A stretch of 64,000 nt of DNA from Alphaproteobacteria bacterium (GCA_028706255.1 JAQWBS010000001.1:344563-408562); one strand, 5' to 3'; counted from the first letter of the stretch, positions 22,748 through 33,053 are shown. Numbers and translations are program-made. The notes: generated from the sequence alone by a model not told the origin.

Positions 22748-23668
22748 TTAGGCGTTGCGAAATTTAAAAACCCCATTTTCAAAGCCCTGAATGTTTTTGT
22801 TTTCTTCAGCAAGCTCTAAGCGTTTAAGGCTGAGTGCAACATATTCTTTTTCTCTTTCAATCCCTAAGAATTTTCTGCCAAGTTTTTTTGCGGTAACGGC
22901 GGTTGTGCCACTACCAAGGAAAGGGTCAAAAACAATTTCCCCTGCATTGCTAGAGGCTAAAATGAGCTTAGCAATCAGCTTTTCAGGTTTTTGCGTGGGG
23001 TGATTTGTGTTTTCAGGCATAGACCAGAACGGAACGGAAATGTCTGTCCAAATGTTTGATGGAGAAGTATAGCGAACTTTTTGTCCTTCAAGCTCAACCC
23101 AGTCTTTGGCTTGTCCTTCTTTGTCACGATAAGGTGCAATAACATTTTTTTGAACTTTAACCGCATCAAGATTGAAAGTATATTCTTTTGATTTCGTATA
23201 AAACCAAATATCTTCAAGACAATTTTTCCAGTTTTTAAGCGCCCCTCTGCCTTTTTCTCTTTCCCAAGAGATTCTATTTTGCAAGAGAAAATATTTTCCA
23301 GCAATTTCGGGAATGGCAATAGAGGTTTTCCAATCTGAGCAAATATAGATTGTGCCATTATCTTTTAGGATTCGCTTTGTTTCTTTCAGCCATTTTTCCA
23401 GCCATTTTTTATAGTCTTTTATGTCAGATTCTCTAAAAATACTTAAGCCGAAAGTTTTGGTTAAGTTATATGGCGGGTCAACAATGATGAGGTCAATAGA
23501 AGCATCGGGAATGAATTTTAAGGCTTTGAAGCAATCTTGATAAATGACTTGGTTTTCAAGCTCAGAAACAGGTGTTTTTTCAGACAAGGTGAGAGCTTTC
23601 TTTGTGAGAGCATTCGTTTCCTTTGGTGTTAATTCAATCGTTTTGTTTCTTGGAGCTTTTTTTGTCAT
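22748..23668 (-). CDS. ccrM: Beta-class N6-adenine DNA methyltransferase, CcrM-like (C-terminally short)
   Basis: It has the DPPY motif (IIVDPPYNL), the C-terminal SAM-binding motif FDPFLGSGTT and the GIEREKEY signature shared with CcrM/M.HinfI-type enzymes. At 306 aa it lacks most of the CcrM C-terminal extension. Confidence 0.8.
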   Translation of the reverse strand: MTKKAPRNKTIELTPKETNALTKKALTLSEKTPVSELENQVIYQDCFKALKFIPDASIDLIIVDPPYNLTKTFGLSIFRESDIKDYKKWLEKWLKETKRILKDNGTIYICSDWKTSIAIPEIAGKYFLLQNRISWEREKGRGALKNWKNCLEDIWFYTKSKEYTFNLDAVKVQKNVIAPYRDKEGQAKDWVELEGQKVRYTSPSNIWTDISVPFWSMPENTNHPTQKPEKLIAKLILASSNAGEIVFDPFLGSGTTAVTAKKLGRKFLGIEREKEYVALSLKRLELAEENKNIQGFENGVFKFRNA

Positions 23669-23679
23669 TGCGAAACTTT

Positions 23680-23955
23680 TTAGTCTTCACCGAATTTATT
23701 GTCCATCAATTGGGTGAGGGCATCAATAACTTCTTTAGATTGTTTGCCAGAGGCAGAAACTTCAATGGTTGTGCCTTTAGAGGCTGCCAACATCATCAAT
23801 CCCATAATGGAACAGCCACCAACTGTTTGACCGATTCTTGAAACTTCAACATCTGCATTGAATTGCTCAACGGTTTTAACAAAAGCGGACGCCGCACGAG
23901 CATGAATCCCTTTTTGATTTTTAACTTCTAATTCGACAGTGATTTTTCCAGACAT
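23680..23955 (-). CDS. ptsH: Phosphocarrier protein HPr
   Basis: 91 aa. The active-site region GIHARAAS is present. Confidence 0.85.
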   Translation of the reverse strand: MSGKITVELEVKNQKGIHARAASAFVKTVEQFNADVEVSRIGQTVGGCSIMGLMMLAASKGTTIEVSASGKQSKEVIDALTQLMDNKFGED

Positions 23956-23959
23956 TGAC

Positions 23960-24358
23960 TTATAAACCTAACAATTTTGATGCAACATTAATATATTTTT
24001 TTCCAGCTTCTTGCGCACCGTCAACGGCTTCTTTCAAAGATTTGTCCTTACGCAAAGAGGCAAGCTTGATTAACATCGGTAAGTTAATTCCTGCAATAAC
24101 TTCAACATTTGCTCTGTCCATAATAGAAATAGCGAGGTTTGAAGGTGTGCCACCGAACATATCTGTTAGAACAATTGTTCCACGTCCAGAATCTGTTTCT
24201 TGAGCTTTTTTCAAAATTTCGTTTCTTCTTTCTTCCATATTATCTTCAGGGCCAATGCAAACTGAAGCCACTTGAGGTTGTTTGCCCACAACATGTTGCA
24301 TTGCAGACACAAACTCTGTTGCCAAATTCCCATGAGTTACCAATACTAAGCCAATCAT
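23960..24358 (-). CDS. PTS EIIA component, mannose family (PTS-Ntr type)
   Basis: It has the N-terminal MIGLVLVTHGNLA with the phosphorylatable His. The 132-aa size and the operon with ptsH resemble the alphaproteobacterial PTS-Ntr locus. Confidence 0.8.
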   Translation of the reverse strand: MIGLVLVTHGNLATEFVSAMQHVVGKQPQVASVCIGPEDNMEERRNEILKKAQETDSGRGTIVLTDMFGGTPSNLAISIMDRANVEVIAGINLPMLIKLASLRKDKSLKEAVDGAQEAGKKYINVASKLLGL

Positions 24359-24380
24359 TCTTTTTTCCTAATTTGTAAGT

Positions 24381-24794
24381 TTATTTACCGATTACCCAAG
24401 ACTTAACCGCTCCGAACGATTTGATGACATCGTCACGATTCTTTGCCTTTATTAATTCATCGGCACGTGTTTGTTTCCCAACAAAAACAATTTCTTCAAC
24501 ATTCTCAACGGGAACGCCGTAAACACGCTCAACGGCTTTGCCTTTAAGCTCAACAATCATCACAAATTCTGCTTCGGCAAGAGGTTCTTTAGTGTCATTA
24601 TGGATATTATCCAAACGCACTGCAAGTCTTTCATCTCTCTTAAGGAGGGCAGTTTTTTTGCCGTCAAATTCTAAAACAGGATTAACTGGGGTGCCATCTC
24701 TTGCATCAATAAAAATAGCAAGTTCACCATATTTATTTTCGATGATTTCAAAAAAGTCTTGTTTCTCAATAAGTGTATAATACTGTGTTTCCAT
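24381..24794 (-). CDS. Hypothetical protein (137 aa), first gene of the PTS-Ntr operon
   Basis: Codon usage is coding-like. It occupies the position where hprK sits in many Rhizobiales, but it has no P-loop. Confidence 0.5.
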   Translation of the reverse strand: METQYYTLIEKQDFFEIIENKYGELAIFIDARDGTPVNPVLEFDGKKTALLKRDERLAVRLDNIHNDTKEPLAEAEFVMIVELKGKAVERVYGVPVENVEEIVFVGKQTRADELIKAKNRDDVIKSFGAVKSWVIGK

Positions 24795-24879
24795 ATTTTT
24801 AATACCTTAAGTAGATTATTTTGCTGTAAGCATAGTATAATAAACTGAAACTGTCAATTTACAGTTAAGTTTTTGTCAG

Positions 24880-26058
24880 TTATTTTTGCGATAATATTCC
24901 GTCATGCAAAGCAAGAAACTCTGCTTTTCCTTTAAGGGGAGAAAAAAGTTCAGCATCTGTTGAGGTAATCCATGCTTGTAAATTAAGCGCTTGAATTTTG
25001 TTCAATAAAGCCTCTCTTTTAATTTCATCAAGGTGGGAAACAACTTCGTCCAAGAGCAAAACGGGATTACAACCTGTGTCGGCAATTTGACATTTCGTTT
25101 GCGCTAAAATAACCCCAATAAGGAGAGATTTTTGTTCTCCTGTTGAACAAAGCTCTGCGGGCATCTTCTTATCTTTATAGAAAACTTTAAAATCTGTGCG
25201 ATTAACGCCGTCAACCGTTTCGCCATAAAAAAGACTTCGACGTTGAGATTTTAATAAATTCCGATAAGTTTCTTCAACTTCAATAGCTGGTTTTTCCTCA
25301 ATCATTCGCTCAATTGTTCCGTCGAGTTCTAAACGAACGTTTGGAAAAACATCATCAGGTTCTTTTTCAATGAAACGATTTAGTTTTGCCACTTGTTCCA
25401 AACGAGCAGCTGCAATCGCAACCCCAGAAGCCGCCATTTGCTCTTCTAATGAAGAAAGCCAAAGGTTATCGCCTTGACCTTGTTTGAGGAGCTGATACCA
25501 TTCTTTGTAAAGATGTTCAAACTGTGCTGTTCTCTTGGCATGTTCCATATCAAAATCATAAACTAGACGGTCTAAGAAGCTACGTCTAGGTTGAGGTCCG
25601 CCCCTGAAAAGCCTGTCCATTTGAGGTGTTAGCCAAATAGCGGAGAGATATCTACCAAGTTCCAGTTGAGAAGAAACTTTGTTTCCATCAATTTTGACGA
25701 TTCTTTTATCGTAACTGCGAGAGGCATCATAATCTTCACGCACGATTCTCTCAATACCAGTGCCAATTTCAAACTGCTCATCACCTTTTGAAATGGTTGC
25801 TGCGACAGCCCAATTACTATCTTCATCTGCTTGAAGGCGTCTAATGTCTGCAAGCTTTGAACCTCTGAGACCTCGCCCTGGAGTGAGAAAAGAAATGGCT
25901 TCCAAAATATTTGTTTTGCCTGACCCGTTTTCACCAGTGATGATAATGGGATTAAGTCCAACATTAAGTCGCAAAGATTCATAATTGCGATATTCAAACA
26001 AACTAAGGCGAGTTACCCCCGCCTTAGAAATTGTTGTATTTATATTGCTTAAAGCCAT
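24880..26058 (-). CDS. recF: DNA replication and repair protein RecF
   Basis: It has the Walker A motif GENGSGKTN and the C-terminal motif LLLDEV. Confidence 0.9.
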   Translation of the reverse strand: MALSNINTTISKAGVTRLSLFEYRNYESLRLNVGLNPIIITGENGSGKTNILEAISFLTPGRGLRGSKLADIRRLQADEDSNWAVAATISKGDEQFEIGTGIERIVREDYDASRSYDKRIVKIDGNKVSSQLELGRYLSAIWLTPQMDRLFRGGPQPRRSFLDRLVYDFDMEHAKRTAQFEHLYKEWYQLLKQGQGDNLWLSSLEEQMAASGVAIAAARLEQVAKLNRFIEKEPDDVFPNVRLELDGTIERMIEEKPAIEVEETYRNLLKSQRRSLFYGETVDGVNRTDFKVFYKDKKMPAELCSTGEQKSLLIGVILAQTKCQIADTGCNPVLLLDEVVSHLDEIKREALLNKIQALNLQAWITSTDAELFSPLKGKAEFLALHDGILSQK

Positions 26059-26092
26059 TTTTTATCCCAAAACAAGGCGTGTTGCAAAGCAA

Positions 26093-27211
26093 CTACACAC
26101 GCATTGGCATCAAAACATAAATAGCGCTGGCATCAGATGTGTCATGAATAACAGACGGTGAAGAGCCATCTGTGAAACTGATTCGAACGCTATCTCCTTT
26201 AACTTCATTCAAAATATCAAGTAAATATCTGAAGTTATAGCCAATTTCAAGATTGCCATTGTCATATTTTGCTTCAACTTCTTCCATTGCAGAACCTAAG
26301 TCTGGGCTTGAAGTTGTGATAACAACTTTGTTTTTCGAAGTCAAAACTTTGATTGCCCTTGTTCTTTCGGCAACCACAGAAACACGGTCAACAGCCGCTG
26401 AAAGTTCTTTCACGTTAAGTTCAAGTTCTTTGTCGTTGTCTGTTGGAATTACACGTTCATAATCAGGATATGTGCCATCAATGAGTTTAGAGGTTAAAGA
26501 AACATCTTCCATTGAAAATCTGATTTTGTTTTCGGAAAGAGAAACATTAACTTCCTCAACAGAAACATCATCAAAAAGTTTTCTAACTTCGGCAACGGTT
26601 TTTCGAGGAATAATCACGCCAGCCATGCTCTCTGCGCCTTTAGGCAAAGGAGATTCAACACAAGCCAAACGGTGTCCGTCTGTTGCAACCACACGAAGAA
26701 CCTTTGTTTCGCCTTCGTTTTTAGCATGCACATAAATTCCGTTAAGATAATATCTTGTTTCTTCAGTTGAAACAGCAAATTTTGTTCTATCAATCACATC
26801 CTTTAATTCTTCTTTAGACATCACAAATTCAACAGGGAGTTTGTCGCCAGAAATAACAGGGAAGTCTTCAACCCCAATGCAAGAAAGAGAGAATTTAGAT
26901 TTTCCAGAAGCAATTGTAAGCTGTCCTTTATCATCAGGGAAAGCAATTTCAACTTCTGAACCGTCTGAGAGCTTTCTAACAATATCATAAAGCATATGAG
27001 CTGGAGCAGTTGTTGCACCTGTTTCAACAATTTTTGCATCTACAATTTCAGTAATTTCCGTATCCATATCCGTTGCTTTAAAGCTAATGCTATCTGCAAG
27101 AGCCTCGATTCTTACGTTTGAAAGCACTGGAATAGTGTTTCTTTTTTCCACAATGCTTTGCATATGGCTTAAAGTTTTAAGAAGTGTAGAACGTTCGATA
27201 ATAAATTTCAT
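26093..27211 (-). CDS. dnaN: DNA polymerase III beta sliding clamp
   Basis: 372 aa with the three-domain beta-clamp pattern, ending LMPMRV. It sits between dnaA and recF. Confidence 0.9.
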   Translation of the reverse strand: MKFIIERSTLLKTLSHMQSIVEKRNTIPVLSNVRIEALADSISFKATDMDTEITEIVDAKIVETGATTAPAHMLYDIVRKLSDGSEVEIAFPDDKGQLTIASGKSKFSLSCIGVEDFPVISGDKLPVEFVMSKEELKDVIDRTKFAVSTEETRYYLNGIYVHAKNEGETKVLRVVATDGHRLACVESPLPKGAESMAGVIIPRKTVAEVRKLFDDVSVEEVNVSLSENKIRFSMEDVSLTSKLIDGTYPDYERVIPTDNDKELELNVKELSAAVDRVSVVAERTRAIKVLTSKNKVVITTSSPDLGSAMEEVEAKYDNGNLEIGYNFRYLLDILNEVKGDSVRISFTDGSSPSVIHDTSDASAIYVLMPMRV

Positions 27212-27332
27212 TTTCCATACCGTTTCATCAAAGTTTATAAACTATTGAGATAATATCATATCAACTGAAAATCAGAAATGAAAAATGTAAATCTTCAACA
27301 GTTTTTTAAGTCTTTCACACAGGTTTTACAAC

Positions 27333-27362
27333 AAAAAAACCGACCCTCGGAAAAGAGTCGGC
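27333..27362 (-). terminator. Rho-independent terminator between dnaA and dnaN
   Basis: On the minus strand the hairpin CCGACTC...GGGTCGG is followed by TTTTTTT. Confidence 0.6.
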
Positions 27363-27393
27363 AATTTGTTTTAATATGTCGTTTGTTTTTATT

Positions 27394-28830
27394 TTAGATT
27401 TCAAGTTGACGACGAAGTGTGTCAACGTGTTCTGCCAAAGATGGTTCCTCAATAACGAGTTCTTCAACTTTTCTGACAGCATGCATCACGGTTGTGTGGT
27501 CACGATCAAACTTGCGACCAATTTCCGGAAGGGAACGAGAGGTGAGTTGCTTTGCCAAATACATTGCAATTTGTCTTGGACGAGCAACATTGCGAGCACG
27601 TCTTGAAGACTGCATTTCTTTAACCGAAATGTTAAAATGTTCAGCAACTTTTCTCTGAATTTCATCAATGGTTGTTCTTCTGTCAAAAGAACGAAGCATA
27701 TCTTTCAAAACATCTTGAGTCATATCAAGGGTAATTTCCTTGTTAGAAAGCAATTGAGAATGAGCAATAATTCTCCTTAAAGCACCCTCAAGCTCTCTGA
27801 TGTTTGAAGAAATTTTCTGAGCCAAAAATTCGGAAACTTTTTGTGGAAGTTCAACACCAAGTTGTTTGGCTTTGTTTTCCAGAATGCCGATTCTGAGGTC
27901 AAAATCTGTTGGGTGAATGTCTGCAACTAAGCCACAACCAAGGCGAGATTTCAATCTTGTTTCGATTCCCTCTAAGTCAGCAGGAGATTTGTCAGCAGAA
28001 ATGATAATTTGACGACCTTCCTCAATCAACGAATTAAAGGTGTGGAAGAATTCTTCTTGGGTTGTGTCTTTACCACCCATAAATTGAACATCATCAACCA
28101 TCAACACATCAACAGAACGGAATTGTTCCTTGAAAGCAGCAGTGTCTTTATAACGAAGTGCTTTCACAAATTTATACATAAATTTTTCGGCTGAAAGATA
28201 AACAATGTTACGATTAGGGTCTTGTTGTTTGATGTGCCAAGCAATGGCGTGCATCAAGTGTGTTTTTCCGAGTCCAACCCCTGAATAAAGAAAGAGTGGA
28301 TTGAAAGAAACGTTTCTTGACTCGGCAACTTTCTTGGCGGCAGCATAAGCAAATTCATTTGTTTTGCCAACAACAAAGTTGTCAAATGTGTAACTAGGGT
28401 TCAAAGGAACAGAAAGAGATTCATTTTGAGATGAAAACTCAGAGGTCACAATCATGCCTTCTTGAGGTTTATAAACATTATGTGGTGTTGGGCTTGTTGA
28501 AATCTTTTTCAAAAGTGAGCGACAAGATGGATTATAAAGCCCTTTCATATCTTCTTGCATGGTTTGAACAACAAAGTTCACACTGCGAATTTTTGGGTTT
28601 TTCTTTTCCCAAATTTTATGGATTCTATCTGAATAGTGTGTCAAAACCCAGTTTCTCATAAAGCGGGTCGGAACGCAAATATTCATGATTCCGTCATTGA
28701 AACTTCCTAGTGTTAATGGTTTTAACCAACTATCATAGGCTGTCTCACCAACTTCATTTTTCAACTGGCTGCAAATCTGTCCCCATTGTTCAATTACAGA
28801 TTTTTCCTTGGTTAGCTCTTTTTCAGACAT
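27394..28830 (-). CDS. dnaA: Chromosomal replication initiator DnaA
   Basis: It has AAA+ motifs (GVGLGKTHLMHAIA) and the C-terminal DNA-binding helix (DHTTVMHAVRKV). Confidence 0.95.
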   Translation of the reverse strand: MSEKELTKEKSVIEQWGQICSQLKNEVGETAYDSWLKPLTLGSFNDGIMNICVPTRFMRNWVLTHYSDRIHKIWEKKNPKIRSVNFVVQTMQEDMKGLYNPSCRSLLKKISTSPTPHNVYKPQEGMIVTSEFSSQNESLSVPLNPSYTFDNFVVGKTNEFAYAAAKKVAESRNVSFNPLFLYSGVGLGKTHLMHAIAWHIKQQDPNRNIVYLSAEKFMYKFVKALRYKDTAAFKEQFRSVDVLMVDDVQFMGGKDTTQEEFFHTFNSLIEEGRQIIISADKSPADLEGIETRLKSRLGCGLVADIHPTDFDLRIGILENKAKQLGVELPQKVSEFLAQKISSNIRELEGALRRIIAHSQLLSNKEITLDMTQDVLKDMLRSFDRRTTIDEIQRKVAEHFNISVKEMQSSRRARNVARPRQIAMYLAKQLTSRSLPEIGRKFDRDHTTVMHAVRKVEELVIEEPSLAEHVDTLRRQLEI

Positions 28831-29113
28831 TACTTCTCCCCAATTCTAAAAATATCAAAAGATAAATGTTGCCGTTAATTAAGATTATTAAGAACGTTAA
28901 TAATTTTATTTTGTTGTTGGAAAGAATACTAACGGCAAAAAAAATAAATACAACAGAACATTTAGCGAACATTGAAATTAAATTTCTTGACAATGATATT
29001 TTATAGATTCGTGCGGATTTCTTAAGTTATATACAAAAAAACACAACCAAGAGCAACGCCGAAACAGCGAAAAAAGCACTTGATTGTGTTTAAATATGTA
29101 AGACTAAATCTAC

Positions 29114-29374
29114 TTAAAGAGATTTAATTTTTTGTGCAAGACGAGAAATTTTTCTAGAAGCAGTGTTCTTTTTGAAAACACCTTTAGAAACAGCTTTCAT
29201 CATTTGAGATTCAGCAGTTTTGAAAAAGCCGGTAGCTTCTTCTTTATTGCCTTGCAAAATTGCAGCTTCAACTTTTTTCAAAAAAGTACGAACTGAGTTT
29301 CTACGAGCACCATTAACAATGCTTTGTTTCTTATTTCTTACGATTCTTGTTTTTGCCGATTTATGATTGGCCAT
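29114..29374 (-). CDS. rpsT: 30S ribosomal protein S20
   Basis: 86 aa. It starts MANHKSAKTRIVRNKK and has the basic S20 signature. Confidence 0.9.
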   Translation of the reverse strand: MANHKSAKTRIVRNKKQSIVNGARRNSVRTFLKKVEAAILQGNKEEATGFFKTAESQMMKAVSKGVFKKNTASRKISRLAQKIKSL

Positions 29375-29475
29375 TTTTTCAATCCTATTTTTGTATCGTT
29401 AATATAAATTGTTTTATGCTTTATAAACTCTAGTTGCCTCTTTAGTCAACATTAATTTTAAAATATTTGATTAAT

Positions 29476-30237
29476 TTACTGTTTTTTTGATTTATTCTGT
29501 AAATCTATCAGAGATTGCTTGAATTCGCTGTCTGAAAAACAAATTTTCGCACTAAGCTTTTCCGCATAAATAGCATTGTCCAAATTATTAAAAGCTAGCT
29601 TAATATTTTGCTTTGCAATATGGGTTGTTTTTTCAGAATGAGAAGCAATTTTTTTTGCTGTTTTTAACGCATCTTCATAAAGTGCGTGTGAAGGAACAAC
29701 CCTACTAACAACACCACTTGTCAGTGCATCATCCGCTTTTAAAGCTCTGCCAGTTAAAATTATTTCAGAGGCTTGTGCTTTGCCAATGGTTCTAACCAAT
29801 CTTTGGATTCCACCAAAACTTGGAATAAAACTAAGCGAAGTTTCAGGGCAAGCAAATAAAACATTGTCAGCTGCCAAGATAAAATCGCAGGCTAATGCCA
29901 GTTCAAAGCCGATTCCAACAGCTAATCCGCTCACACAAGCAATGATTGGTTTAGAAAAATTAGCAATCGATTCGATGTTTTTTTGCATCTCATCAATTTT
30001 GGAGTCGATTTGATTCGCTTCTGCAACGAGTTCTTTTAGGTCGATTCCTGAAGCAAAAAACTTTTCATTTCCTTGTAAAAGCACCGCTTTAATTTTATTA
30101 TCTGTTGACCATGTTTGAAGTTGAAGGTGGATATTTTCTAACATTGAAGCATTAATGGCATTCATCTGCTCTAAGCGATTAAGTGTGATGATTCCAATAG
30201 GTCCATCAGTTGAAATTAAGATGTTGTTATTTTCCAT
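29476..30237 (-). CDS. Enoyl-CoA hydratase/isomerase (crotonase) family protein
   Basis: The crotonase fold is marked by ASGIDLKEL and GLAVGIGFELALACD. Confidence 0.7.
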   Translation of the reverse strand: MENNNILISTDGPIGIITLNRLEQMNAINASMLENIHLQLQTWSTDNKIKAVLLQGNEKFFASGIDLKELVAEANQIDSKIDEMQKNIESIANFSKPIIACVSGLAVGIGFELALACDFILAADNVLFACPETSLSFIPSFGGIQRLVRTIGKAQASEIILTGRALKADDALTSGVVSRVVPSHALYEDALKTAKKIASHSEKTTHIAKQNIKLAFNNLDNAIYAEKLSAKICFSDSEFKQSLIDLQNKSKKQ

Positions 30238-30242
30238 TGATT

Positions 30243-30611
30243 TTAATTCTCACTTTTAAGGGTTATTCTAATAAGCAAAGGGGTTTCAGTTTCTTTTGCA
30301 ATTTCAATGCGTTCACCATCACGATAGAAAGAAAGCGTCCCTTTTTGTTTGCCACTGAAAGACCAACCAAGTTGTGGCATAGTGTTAATATAAAATTTCT
30401 CAACATTTTGGTAAGTTGTTTTGCCAGTTCCTTGGAGATAAATTTCAATAAAACGGCTTTCTTCATTGCCAAAGGCAATGTCACTGTTAACGGTTTGTTG
30501 TAATCCTTCCATTAAAGGAATGTCTTCCAAACCTTCGACAAACTGTTTTGCTTCACAAATTTTGAAAGAGAAAAGCAAAGTAATAAGTGAGATGAGTAAA
30601 AATTTTTTCAT
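30243..30611 (-). CDS. Secreted hypothetical protein
   Basis: It has a signal peptide (MKKFLLISLITLLFSFKICEA) and is 122 aa long. Confidence 0.5.
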   Translation of the reverse strand: MKKFLLISLITLLFSFKICEAKQFVEGLEDIPLMEGLQQTVNSDIAFGNEESRFIEIYLQGTGKTTYQNVEKFYINTMPQLGWSFSGKQKGTLSFYRDGERIEIAKETETPLLIRITLKSEN

Positions 30612-30621
30612 AGGTTTAGCC

Positions 30622-31461
30622 TTATTTTTGTTTTATCGGACAATAAAATGTTGAACGACCTGCCTGAACAATTTTTTTGATTCCGCCTGTTTTTGCAATA
30701 TCACAAGTGCAACCCTCACATTTTTGCCCAGTTTTATTATAAACACAATGCGAATTTTGAAAATATCCTAAACTGCCGTCTGGTTTTTGATAATCTTTTA
30801 ACGTTGACCCTCCAGCTTCAATTGCTTTGGTTAGAACAATTCTCACAGCTTTAACAATCGATTCGCATTCTTTTAATGTGAGTTCATTAGACACTCTGGT
30901 TGGTAAAATTTTTGCTAAGAACAGCACTTCAGAAGCATAAATATTTCCAATGCCGTTAATGAGTCGCTGGTCAAGTAATGCAATTTTAATGGCAACTTTT
31001 TTATTTTTTAGTTTTTCATAAAGAAATTTTGCTGAGAGGTTGTCGTCAAAAGGGTCGATTCCCAAGTTCTTCAAAAGAGGATGTTCGGAAAGTTTTTCTG
31101 TTGGTAAGTAAGTGACTAAGCCAAAGCGTCTGGCATCATTATAAACAATTGTTCCTTGTGAGGTTTCAATGAGGATATGGTCATGTTTTTCTAAAACTTG
31201 TGGCGTCTTTTCAGAAATTTTAACTTTTCCGCTCATGCCTAAATGCCAAAGAATTGTGAAGCCATTGTCCAGATTGATAAGAATATATTTTGCTTTTCTT
31301 TGATAAGAGGTGATTTTTGCCTGACAAATTTTTTGAGCAAAGTCTTCAGGAACTTTTTCTCGCAGTCGATTCTCTCTTACCACAACCTTAAGAATGGTTG
31401 CATTTTTAATTGATTTCTCAATTGCGGTAAGGATTGTTTGAACTTCTGGCAATTCAGGCAT
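30622..31461 (-). CDS. mutM: Formamidopyrimidine-DNA glycosylase
   Basis: It has the N-terminal PELPEV and a C-terminal zinc finger (CEGC...C). Confidence 0.9.
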   Translation of the reverse strand: MPELPEVQTILTAIEKSIKNATILKVVVRENRLREKVPEDFAQKICQAKITSYQRKAKYILINLDNGFTILWHLGMSGKVKISEKTPQVLEKHDHILIETSQGTIVYNDARRFGLVTYLPTEKLSEHPLLKNLGIDPFDDNLSAKFLYEKLKNKKVAIKIALLDQRLINGIGNIYASEVLFLAKILPTRVSNELTLKECESIVKAVRIVLTKAIEAGGSTLKDYQKPDGSLGYFQNSHCVYNKTGQKCEGCTCDIAKTGGIKKIVQAGRSTFYCPIKQK

Positions 31462-31608
31462 TTGTTGTTTCTCTTTTATGAAAAATAATATAATATTAAT
31501 AGATTATAAAAAGCACAAAGGCAAGGCTCATCACTCAAAAAAGTTATGCTTGCAATGTTTTATGAGTTGGCTAATATAAGCCCTTTGGTTGAGGTTTGAT
31601 AAGAGAAG

Positions 31609-32136
31609 ATGAAGAAAAAACAGCGCTCAAGAAAATATTATAATCCGCAGAGAGAGGACACAGTCAAGAAATGCGACCACCCAAATTGTTCTAAATTAGG
31701 GGAATATAAAGCTCCAAAAGATAGAGATTTGAAAGCATATTATTGGTTTTGTTTGGAACATGTGCAGGAATATAATGCAAAGTGGAATTACTATGAGGGA
31801 ATTTCTACGGATGAGCCTGTGGAAGAAGAGCCTTTCTCTCATCATCGCTTCAAAGGGTTTAAGTCGAAAGTTAAATATAATAACTTTGCTTATGGTTATG
31901 AAGCTTTTGATGATTATAATAATGATTTTTCAGGATTTTACACGCGAGAAGAAAAGAAATATTTCGAAATTATGGAAATTAAACCTTCTGAAGTCAGCAT
32001 AAAGCTCATTAAAAAGCAATATAAAATCTTAGCAAAAAAATATCACCCAGATTTGAATCAGGGTGATAAAGAAATGGAAGAAAAATTCAAAAGTTTAAGC
32101 CTTGCTTATAATTATCTTTTAAACAAGTTTTCTTAG
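31609..32136 (+). CDS. J-domain protein with N-terminal Cys/His cluster (DnaJ-like cochaperone)
   Basis: The C-terminal J domain carries the HPD motif ([16 protein letters not shown]). The N-terminus holds CDHPNC...C.EH. Confidence 0.7.
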   Translation: MKKKQRSRKYYNPQREDTVKKCDHPNCSKLGEYKAPKDRDLKAYYWFCLEHVQEYNAKWNYYEGISTDEPVEEEPFSHHRFKGFKSKVKYNNFAYGYEAFDDYNNDFSGFYTREEKKYFEIMEIKPSEVSIKLIKKQYKILAKKYHPDLNQGDKEMEEKFKSLSLAYNYLLNKFS

Positions 32137-33053
32137 TTCCTTTCTCTTTGAGGTCTTTCTTTTACACGCATATTTCCACGCATATTTTCATTCTCAATGT
32201 TTCGCACAGTTTGTTCACGGACTTGTTTTTTGCTTAAATTTTGAGAGGTGTTTCGACCTGTTTTTTCATAAAGTTTCTTTGCCTCAATAATCTTGGCTTT
32301 TTCTTCTAACTTCACTTTATCTTTGCTTTTGGCATTATCATAAATGATTTCTGCAACTTTCTTTTTATCTTTGCTTTTCTCTCCAGCCTCAGCAACTTTA
32401 TCGGCTTTCATGCCTTCAACTCTGCCACCCAAATCTCTAATGGTTTTCACGCCTTTGATGACATCTTTATATTTATCCGTAGACATTCCATCTACTTTAA
32501 CTTTCAGTTTTTTTGAAGCCGCTTTTGCAGCAGCTTTGCCGACTTTGGTTTCATCAAAGGTTGGGTCAAGCATATCTTTGTTGATTGCTTGTCTATCCAT
32601 TCTACCAACACCAGCTTGTTGATTGATTTTTTGAGCACGATTAATTGCGTCAAGTTTGCCAGCATTTTGTTGGCTACCAATGGTTTTGAGCGTATTCTTT
32701 TGCTCTAAAACTTTCTTTTCATTGTCATTTAAGGCATGAAAGAGAGAGTTATTCTCCATTTCTAAACTTGCGGGGTCAAGAAATATTTGAAAGCCATTTA
32801 ATTCATCTTCATCTTCTTCATCGTAAACGCTTTGGGAAATTTTTTTACGAATTTTCTTAAGCCCTTTAGGAAGTGCTCGAGGCGTTTGTGAACGATTAAC
32901 ATTTTGGCTCGGATTTTTAGATTTAGCCTCATGTTCTTCGGCTTTTTTTGTGTCGATTCGTCGAGACAATTTTTCTTTATTGTCTAAACCTTTTTTCTTC
33001 CACTCAATGTTTGGATTTGAAGAATTTTTTTCATCATCTGATTCGCTAAACAT
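32133..33053 (-). CDS. Highly charged K/E-rich hypothetical protein
   Basis: 306 aa, low-complexity basic and acidic, with no TM. Its reading frame is consistent. Confidence 0.45.
   Translation of the reverse strand: MFSESDDEKNSSNPNIEWKKKGLDNKEKLSRRIDTKKAEEHEAKSKNPSQNVNRSQTPRALPKGLKKIRKKISQSVYDEEDEDELNGFQIFLDPASLEMENNSLFHALNDNEKKVLEQKNTLKTIGSQQNAGKLDAINRAQKINQQAGVGRMDRQAINKDMLDPTFDETKVGKAAAKAASKKLKVKVDGMSTDKYKDVIKGVKTIRDLGGRVEGMKADKVAEAGEKSKDKKKVAEIIYDNAKSKDKVKLEEKAKIIEAKKLYEKTGRNTSQNLSKKQVREQTVRNIENENMRGNMRVKERPQRERN

Noticed and set aside
22748-23668. MTase as half of a restriction-modification system
   Set aside because: No endonuclease-like ORF is adjacent. The flanks are ptsH and a 33-aa peptide plus lolA. 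This fits an orphan CcrM-type MTase.
24381-24794. 137-aa protein as the short alphaproteobacterial HPr kinase (HprK)
   Set aside because: The position is right, but it has no Walker A/P-loop (G.SG.GKS), which HprK requires.
28831-29113. oriC in the dnaA-rpsT spacer
   Set aside because: The spacer is AT-rich but has no cluster of DnaA boxes. Known Rhizobiales origins are not located at dnaA.
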